Shown piece after piece: positions 20,132 to 28,113 of a DNA stretch of 28,113 nucleotides. The notes below the pieces were generated by a model. It had not been told where the DNA came from and searched no databases. It worked only from the letters and a program-made list of their open reading frames with translations. A program made the position numbers and the translations under genes. The stretch comes from Tubiluchus corallicola (Eukaryota > Animalia > Priapulida), in the NCBI GenBank assembly GCA_030141605.1, contig JAQGDQ010001716.1, forward strand, positions 1 to 28,113, read 5' to 3'. Position 1 is the first letter of the stretch. The number at the start of each line of letters is the position of its first letter.

Positions 20132-20760
20132 ATCAATTCAATTAATTTATTTCACTCCAGCAATACATACACAATACATCAACATGCAATATTATTGAAA
20201 CAAAAAGAAACAGTAAAGGTAAAAAAAACGTTGATGAAGTCAAATTAACCAAATAAAAGAGTTGCTGTATGACACCTTGAAAGCTTGGCTTGTTAAGGTG
20301 GCACAAATGAGTGAATGAAAGAATGGTTAGGGTCAGAAGAAATGATGGAATGGAAAAAAATGGTAAGATTAGGGATAGGAAGAAGGAAGGGAAGGGAGGA
20401 TGAGTGAATGAAAGAATGGTTAGGGTTAGTAGACATGATGGAATGGAAAAAATAGTAAGATTAGGGATAGGAAGAAGGAAAAGAGGAGAAGAAACGACCA
20501 CAGTGTATGTTTAATTTACATAGAGGTATATTAAAATAGCATTATAATTGATTGGAGGCCATATATTGCGACTGCATGAGACATGGAACCATTAAAATTG
20601 TATTATAAGTATGAATCAAAAGTGGTCCTCTTCAAGTACTTTTTGAAACTATAAACAGTTTTGTGTATTTTTACTTGGGCACTTATTTTATTCCAGTTAT
20701 TTGGGGCTGTGAATTTAATAAAGTGCCTGGCACAATTAGTACGACAGTAAGGGACATAAT
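20132..20760 (-). mobile_element. 5'-truncated CR1/L2-group LINE: ORF2 C-terminus and pyrimidine-rich 3' UTR
   Basis: 20758-20603 minus translates YVPYCRTNCARHFIKFTAPNNWNKISAQVKIHKTVYSFKKYLKRTTFDSYL*; AATAAA at ~20146-20151; ~93-bp internal duplication 20307-20490. Confidence 0.82.
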
Positions 20761-21176
20761 TCTCTGCTCAAACTTATTAAAAATTATTATCAAATACTTT
20801 TTCGTCAATCAGGTATTTGTCTAAAACGTTTCTGATTAATATATGCATGGCAATACGTCTTTTGCAAACTTGAACAGTTTAAATTCATTTCTTTTGAACA
20901 ACTTTCATCCTAGGCACTCGCGTAAACACGTTGTTATGCTATAACAAATGCACTACGCATCAGTACAATGATGCTAGTAATCTAGTGAGACAATGATGAA
21001 AGTGACGACCTGATTAATTAATTATTACCTGCAATGAAACAATATTACCGGAATACAGTGATCAGTAAAATCGACAGCACAGCAGTGAGTAGCATGGGCT
21101 ACCTGTAGCAACACAACCACAGCCACAACAACAAATCTATTTTCAATCGAGCATCATGCATCATGCATCACGTGAA

Positions 21177-21785
21177 AGGAAGACAGGATGACCTTTCATA
21201 TACTACATTTTCGTACGATAAAAAGTAAACATTTTAACACATTGAATACTGCAAAAGCGTTTCTGGTAATTAAATAATAGATTAAAAACTTAATTAATGG
21301 CGGGCGAACCCAACTATTGATGACATCACAAACTAGCATTCCATAACAACTAATTTTCAATCTCAAAAATACTCCACGAGCGTGTTGCGAAAGCGAAAAT
21401 TGACGTACATTGCTACTGTAAGATATTCCATTGTGTTGTACTAAAACTATGCAAGTTTTAAGATAAAAATTCAGATTTCGAATTTACCGCTGTGCTCACG
21501 CTTGAGCTGTTGAAAGTGTCAGAAACTAACACATCTGAACTGAAAGGTGCAGCACCTGTTTTGTGCAATGCGTTTCCGTAATGCAGGCGTTAGTGCCTGT
21601 CTAACTAGCGAATGGTGGAATGCATGTAACAGTGAAGAACTAGTGGCGCGAGCGTGAAAATGTGTTTGTGTGGTAATAATTCTTTCACGCAAGTCATTTT
21701 TGAAAAAAAATAGTATGTTTCCTTTCAATATTTTAAAGAGTAGATAGTTTTTAACCTTCAGTTTAAGGTTGGGCCCTGTTTTGCT
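21177..21785 (-). mobile_element. Kolobok-like element copy 3, full length ~610 bp
   Basis: TIR AGGAAGACAGG (21177) / CCTGTTTTGCT (ends 21785); flanks TGAA and TTAA; end-to-end inverted match with 1270-1889. Confidence 0.85.
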
Positions 21786-21960
21786 TTAAAGAAAAATTTA
21801 ACCCTGGATCATTCATTGTCTTTTAATACTGTACACTTCAAATATTGAGATTGCCACATACTATACGCGAAAAAATGCCCTACTTAAAAATGCAAAAGAA
21901 ATTCAAATCGCTCGTATCTCCTGCCAAACAAACCTTGCTACGGGCATATTTGACAAACTG

Positions 21961-22967
21961 ACGTAAGCTGGTTGTCAGCACGAAGGCACGCGTAAGCTGG
22001 TGGACAGCACGAAGGCATGCATAAGATGGTGGACAGCACGAAGGCATGCGTAAGCTGGTGGACAACACGAAGGCACGCATAAGCTGGTGGACAGCACGAA
22101 GGCACGCGTAAGCTGGTGGACAACACGAAGGCACGCATAAGCTGGTGGACAACACGAAGGCACGCGTAAGCTGGTGGACAACACGAAGGCATGCATAAGC
22201 TGGTGGACAGCACGAAGGCACGCGTAAGCTGGTGGACAACACGAAGGCACGCATAAGATGGTGGACAACACAAAGGCACGCGTAAGATGGTGGACAACAC
22301 GAAGGCACGCGTAAGCTGGTGGACAACACGAAGGCACGCGTAAGATGGTGGACAACACGAAGGCATGTGTAAGCTGGTGGACAACACGAAGGCATGCGTA
22401 AGCTGGTGGACAGCACGAAGGCACGCGTAAGCTGGTGGACAACACGAAAGCACGCGTAAGCTGGTGGACACGAAGGCACGCATAAGATGGTGGACAGCAC
22501 GAAGGCACGCATAAGCTGGTGGACAACACGAAGGCACGCGTAAGCTGGTGGACAACACGAAGGCACGCGTAAGCTGGTGGACAGCACGAAGGCACGCGTA
22601 AGCTGGTGAACACGAAGGCACGCGTAAGCTGGTGAACACGAAGGCACGCGTAAGCTGGTGAACATGAAGGCATGCGTAAGCTGGTGGACACGAAGGCACG
22701 CATAAGCTGGTGGACAATACGAAGGCACGCATAAGCTGGTGGACAGCACGAAGGCACGCATAAGCTGGTGGACAGCACGAAGGCACGCGTAACCTGGTGG
22801 ACAGCACGAAGGCACACATAAGCTGGTGGACAGCACGAAGGCACGCATAAGCTGGTGGACAGCACAAAGGCGCGCGTAAGCTGGTGGACAACACGAAGGC
22901 ACGCGTAACCTGGTGGACAGCACGAAGGCACGCGTAAGCTGGTGGACAGCACGAAGGCACGCGTAAG
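21961..22967. repeat. 29-bp GC/CpG-rich minisatellite, ~35 copies, consensus CACGAAGGCACGCGTAAGCTGGTGGACAR
   Basis: Direct reading; a cluster of 26-bp deletion variants at ~22590-22700. Confidence 0.97.
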
Positions 22968-23554
22968 GAAACTTCTGTAGTTCGCTTTGACATTCCGATA
23001 TCCCAGCTGATTAAATCTTTATGTTTAATCGTATTTTAAAAATTAGTCGTCGGAGAACTTTGCAATAACTTTTAATCCACAGGATCACTGTGAGAGTCTA
23101 CTACTTCATGATGGCCAAAGTAAAAAAATTCATGTTTGAGTAGTTATTACATTTTATCTGTAAGAAAAATCAAAATATAACAAAATATAAAATCCTTCAC
23201 GATCACATCTGAAAATGCATAAGTAGCACAGATAATTATAATTACAGATAAGCATGAAAAATTCCGCGAGGCTGCGATGATGCAGAATGTGACAGGCGTT
23301 TTTCTTAGTTTCTACAGTTCAGTTTTAGCTTTGTTAAAAATAATGATTCTGTTACTTTGGCTTCATTAGCTAGCCGAGTTGAAGATTATTATTACCGTCG
23401 ATAACTGGTTTCCATTAAAGTGTAGTTTTCATTACTGGTTTACTTGTCGAGAATCTCTGATTTTCTTTTAAGTAATTATGTAAATCTAAAACCATCAATC
23501 CAGTTACAACTAATTGCTCATTGCCAGAAAGAATCTGACTTTATTAATGAGTTC

Positions 23555-23622
23555 TTGTCTGTATAACTGATGGCTTGTCTGCATTACTGATTGCTCGTCT
23601 GCATTACTGATTGCACGTTTGA
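23555..23622. repeat. 20-bp degenerate tandem repeat, ~3 copies
   Basis: TYGTCTGCATTACTGATTGC units. Confidence 0.8.
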
Positions 23623-23818
23623 TTAGGATTGCGGTGTAAAAAATGATCGTGACTAGAGACACTAACATGTTCGATGACATTTTTAAATTTTTTTTAGCAG
23701 TATGCCATTAAATTGCTTAAATTATTATGTGCCAGGAAGAAAAACTTGCTAAACTCATTAAAAGAATTTCGTCGAATAGACGGTTATTAAGTCATGTTGA
23801 TCTTTTCTTGGAACAAAG

Positions 23819-23992
23819 TATTGGACTGAATTCGACTCAGGGGGGTCGAACTCCAAGATGGCATGGCGGTCTTGATATTGGACTGAATTCGACTCAGGGG
23901 GTCGAACTCCAAGATGGCATAGCGGTCTTGATATTGGACTGAATTCGACTCAGGGGGTCGAACTCCAAGATGGCATGGCGGTCTTGATATTG
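23819..23992. repeat. 56-bp tandem repeat, 3 near-identical copies
   Basis: GGACTGAATTCGACTCAGGGGGTCGAACTCCAAGATGGCATRGCGGTCTTGATATT x3. Confidence 0.96.
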
Positions 23993-24125
23993 CGCATCAT
24001 GAAGATCCATTTTACAATCGTTGTGTAACCGATTACTTAATTACAAATGTTAATGTTAATTACAAATGTTATGTTAATTAACTAAGTTAATGTCTGTAAA
24101 GTAGTACCTTATACCTGCTATAGTA

Positions 24126-24464
24126 TGTCATTTAACTCTCATAAAATAAAATACACAAAAACTACACTGTATGGAGTATATTAACAGCACTAATAAAAAT
24201 AAGGAACCAAAATACACGTGCACAAAAAATAGCTAACTGACTCAGTAACAGCACTACACCCGAGGAGCACCTGAGTCAGAAATCCAGGCTGTAGTGACCT
24301 CTACACGTTTTTATACTGGCATTCCAGGTCAGCTGGCTTCTCACACCACGTGTAGGCCCAAACAAGACGTCTGGACCTATAAGAAAGAGGTGAGTCGCTG
24401 CTGACGTGGAAGCAGGGCGTGTAGGGGGCCCTACACCTGACACGACACAGGTGCTTCCGTAACG
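24126..24464 (-). mobile_element. Probable solo LTR (~340 bp)
   Basis: Minus strand starts (C)GTTACGG (TG mutated?) and ends ATGACA; TATAAAA at ~24308-24314, AATATA at ~24177-24182 followed by GT-rich tract; flanks ATAGTA / ATATTA (5 of 6 match); GC-richer than surroundings; single copy, no internal domain. Confidence 0.5.
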
Positions 24465-24807
24465 ATATTATTATTAGAAATATTTTAAGACAAACATCTA
24501 CAGAAATACTAACTTATTACCCGGGCTAGGATTAGGTACCACATTTTTTTAAATTGATTTCGTCCTTACGGCAACATTATTTCATCATCTCATAGTGACA
24601 GAATCACTGGTTTAAATAAAGAAATTGTTCGTTCTTGTTGTACTTACTCACTAACCTGATTGCATTGTTTGGGCTAAACATATACCAATAAATGGTAAAT
24701 AAATGCAACTGCATCTAAAAGAAAGACATACAGGCCTACTGGTCAACAGCGTTGTTGTTATCTAGAAGCATAGAGTGTCTATTGTTGCTGTTGCCGCTAT
24801 AGCATGT

Positions 24808-24896
24808 AGTAATTAAGTAATTAAGTAAGTTAGTAATTAAGTAATTAAGTAATTTAGTAATTAAGTAATTTAGTAATTAAGGAATTTAGTAATTAA
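24808..24896. repeat. 8-bp low-complexity tandem repeat (AGTAATTW)n
   Basis: Direct reading, ~11 units. Confidence 0.9.
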
Positions 24897-25624
24897 AGGA
24901 CAAGAAATGGGGTATCTGAAGTAGGTTTCGGAAATATCGCCTTAAAAAAATATATTACTTTACAACAATTTTATGTATATATCGTACTCACGTTAAAAAG
25001 AATTTTTGTTTGTTTTCGTGACGTCACATACATGACGTCACTTACGCAAACGTAAGTCAGGGGAAGAAAAGACAATGTTAAAGTATGTCCCAAAACACTT
25101 TCCATGCAAAGTTTACCATTACTTACCATTTCGCTTACCTGCTGGAAAGACTTCTGTAACTAGAAATAATAATTTAAAATGTTTGTGCCAATTGGTAAAA
25201 TGTCGGTGGCACACCTCCAGGGTGCGCCACTCACTAATCAAAGACTTATTTTTAATCTTACTGACAAGATGCAGTAACTTAAAATTTTACTTAGCAACAT
25301 GTGTGCTACGATCGCTCTAATTATTTTCTCAAACTTCACGTAATGTTATCTAAACTTGTATCAGACGACCTACCATAAAAATGGCTGCGTCTAACGGTCT
25401 TCGCGGGAGTTTAAATTACAAGTTTTATACAGCATTACTGCCGATGCAAGCCCTGCATGCAGAAAGACAGTAAGTAAGTGGTATAAGATTTCAAATTCGA
25501 GTGTTTTAAGCTTTGTGTAAGTGGAGGGTTTTCTTGTGCTTTAAACAAAATAACATGTGACGTTACCTGTGACGTAACATTTATGCATAGCAGCCGTAAA
25601 GGTGTTTTAACTACTTTCTGACTA

Positions 25625-25960
25625 GTGTTTAGTTAGTTTAGTTTATTTCCAAAATGCAATAAATACAACATTGTTGCACATTTTGCAAAGAAGCTGTAAC
25701 AACAATAAAAGAAAACAAGATTTAAATTCACCGGATATTGATATATCGGCTCAGGCCAAGAAGGTAGATTTGTACAGGATTGAGCAGGAGGCAAAACATA
25801 GAAAGAGAAGATGTAAAAGGTGCAAGATAAAATAGGCAAGAGAAGTGAAATGTAATTATGGTAGCAATGGTAAGCAAATGACAATGACGAGTGAGTGAGA
25901 TGATGATGACAATGAAGATTAGATTCACATGAGAATGTAAAGAAAAACAGATCAATCAGC
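25625..25960 (-). mobile_element. Probable LINE 3' UTR and tail inside the inverted-repeat spacer
   Basis: Minus strand pyrimidine-rich tract ending TTTGGAAATAAACTAAACTAACTAAAC (AATAAA plus short-repeat tail); left boundary clear, right boundary uncertain. Confidence 0.55.
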
Positions 25961-26467
25961 TGAGTCACTGGAAACAATCAGTATGGTGTCATGTCAGGGA
26001 CAATAACCATAATACTTCTTTTTCTTCATTCTATAACCATTACTTCTATAACCATTACTGTACATTATACTAAAATGAACTTATTAGCACCAGAACTCAT
26101 TTAACTTTATCTAGTAATGCGACAGTTAGAGATTCTGCTGCTATGCATAAATGTTACATCACAGGTAACGTTTCGTGTTATTTTGTTTAAAGCACGAGAA
26201 AACCCTCCACTTACACAATGCTTAAAACATTCGAATTTGAAATTTTATACCACTTACTTACTGTCTTTTTGCATGCAGGGCTTGCATCGGCAGTAATGCT
26301 GTATAAAACTTATAATTTAAACTCCCGCGAAGGCCTTTAGACGCAGCCATTTTTATGGTAGGTCGTCTGATACAAGTTTAGATAACATTGAGTAAAGTTT
26401 AAAAAAATAATTAGAGCGATCGTAGCACACATGTTACTAATTAAGTAAAATTTTAAGTTACTGCATT

Positions 26468-26773
26468 ATATATGTCTAGATTATTATTTAATATAAGATG
26501 TTTTAGCCTTCGTTTATATTTAAAAATGGTATGCTCACATTTAATATAATCAGGCAAAGAATTCCATATTGAAGGATCATAAAATTTGATGAACTGCTTA
26601 GCAACATTGGTGCTAACATACGTGACAATGTATTGGTTATAACGTGTTTTGGATATAGGCACGTGGTGCCTCCTTGTGTTTGTTTTTTGTAAATTTAGGC
26701 TGTTGATAGACAGGTGAGCTAGGACAGGAAATAGGCCATTGGCGTCATTTTGCAGACTGGATAGGAAACAAGT
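26468..26773 (-). mobile_element. CR1/L2-group LINE ORF2 C-terminal fragment inserted in the right inverted arm
   Basis: Track ORF 26453-26776 contains TRYNQY...STNVAKQFIKFYDPSIWNSLPDYIKCEHTIFKYKRRLKHLIL (IWNSLP...FK..LK motif); CATT on both sides (26464-26467, 26774-26777). Confidence 0.82.
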
Positions 26774-26994
26774 CATTCTTGTTCAGTAAGTCGTGTCGTT
26801 TTATAACAAAATTTTGTCAGTCGAGTTCTCTTTAGCAAGTTAGTAAGATGCGGCAAAGATGTAAGTTTGATTTCTTCATATTTCATAATATTATTACACA
26901 TTTTCATTATAGCAGTTAATTATCTTTTTGACAGTTGTTTAGAAAAAAGATGTTTTTATTTGCTTCAGATAAAACGAAGTGAAGTCGCTCATAA

Positions 26995-27045
26995 TCAGTC
27001 AGTCAGTCAGTCAGTCAGTCAGTCAGTCAGTCAGTCAGTCAGTCA
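26995..27045. repeat. (CAGT)n microsatellite
   Basis: Direct reading. Confidence 0.98.
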
Positions 27046-27679
27046 AATAGGTCATGATGTGATACTGATTTTGGGATGAGACGATGAATGCCCATTTTGG
27101 ACAATAAAAAATCATAAATTACATCTAAGAGACTGTTGGACTTGTATTTAGTGCATGACGCGAACATAACGCGTATTATGAAATCACGTGTACTATAAAG
27201 TGTATCTACTATAAAGTGCATCTCGAAAGTGCCAAAACGATGAGCCTGCTAAGTGTTTAAAACGATGAAAAGTAGAATAGGCCTAACTCAGTTTAACTCT
27301 GCTGAGTGTGTTGTTGATTTACTGCGCCATCGTCTTCACACTTGAATTGTAAATTTCTCAGTTTGCATCAGTTTGATTTCTCAGTGGGTTTGTCGTGTGT
27401 GCACAGCCGTCGAATCTCACGCGATGCGAGGTTCATCACGATGATCAATAAGTTCTCATCATCCACTCTTCACGAACTTTATTGTACGCCATCCAGCATC
27501 TTCCAGCGTGATATATGTGAAAATAAGCTTTTGCCCGTCAAGCTGTGTGGAAAGAATGACACGCAATTTCGTGAGTGGTAGTGGGAGCTTCTCTGAGTAA
27601 TATTAGAAATGATTATTGGATCTTTTCTGACTAAACGTTTCCGATGAGTTTGAAATTTCATGCAACTGCCTCATATGGC

Positions 27680-28113
27680 GTTTTGTTTACATATAGATAC
27701 TCAAGAAGTTTTGTTTACATATAGATACTCAAGAAGTTTTGTTTACATATAGATGCTTAAGAAGTTTTGTTTACATATAGATGCTCAAGAAGTTTTGTTT
27801 ACATATAGTTGCTCAAGAAGTTTTGTTTACATATAGATGCTCAAGAAGTTTTGTTTACATATAGATACTTAAGAAGTTTTGTTTACATATAGTTGCTCAA
27901 GAAGTTTTGTTTACATATAGATGCTCAAGAAGTTTTGTTTACATATAGATACTCAAGAAGTTTTGTTTACATATAGATGCTCAAGAAGTTTTGTTTACAT
28001 ATAGATACTCAAGAAGTTTTGTTTACATATAGATACTCAAGAAGTTTTGTTTACATATAGATGCTCAAGAAGTTTTGTTTACATATAGATACTCAAGAAG
28101 TTTTGTTTACATA
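27680..28113. repeat. 28-bp minisatellite, at least 15 copies, runs off the window end; consensus GTTTTGTTTACATATAGATRCTCAAGAA
   Basis: Direct reading, period 28 (27680, 27708, ...). Confidence 0.98.

Larger units (their letters stand above)
25257..26790. mobile_element. Long inverted-repeat structure: ~335-bp arms (25257-25594 and 26138-26467 plus 26774-26790) around a ~540-bp spacer
   Basis: Arms are close reverse complements along their whole length (e.g. TGTTATCTAAACTTGTATCAGACGACCTACCATAAAAATGGCTGCGTCTAA); outer tip of the right arm is displaced by a ~306-bp insertion; no TSD identified. Confidence 0.8.

Noticed and set aside
21880-22993. Three overlapping 325-351 aa ORFs as protein genes; array as CRISPR
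   Set aside because: All three frames are cyclic translations of the 29-bp unit; units are contiguous with no unique spacers and no cas genes; context is eukaryotic

Overview
AT-rich, gene-poor eukaryotic DNA, probably a marine invertebrate (the 5S-derived sequence ATCACGTTGAAAACACCGGTTCTCGTC is of the invertebrate/lophotrochozoan type; taxon not provable here). I can support no intact host protein-coding gene: the long ORFs in the track are artefacts of micro/minisatellites. The window is a dense mosaic of (i) two copies of a ~540-bp SINE made of a 5S rRNA head, an RTE-like middle and an RTE LINE 3' end (best finding), (ii) two tRNA-derived SINEs with a Meta/MESC-like core start, (iii) non-autonomous DNA transposons of four superfamilies recognisable by TIR+TSD (Kolobok-like x3, hAT, piggyBac, pogo/Tigger), (iv) several CR1/L2-group LINE 3' fragments, (v) a probable solo LTR, (vi) three large inverted-repeat (foldback-like) structures, and (vii) many tandem arrays (5, 17, 28, 29, 50, 56 bp units and microsatellites). 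All alignments were done by eye; boundaries are approximate unless a TSD is quoted.
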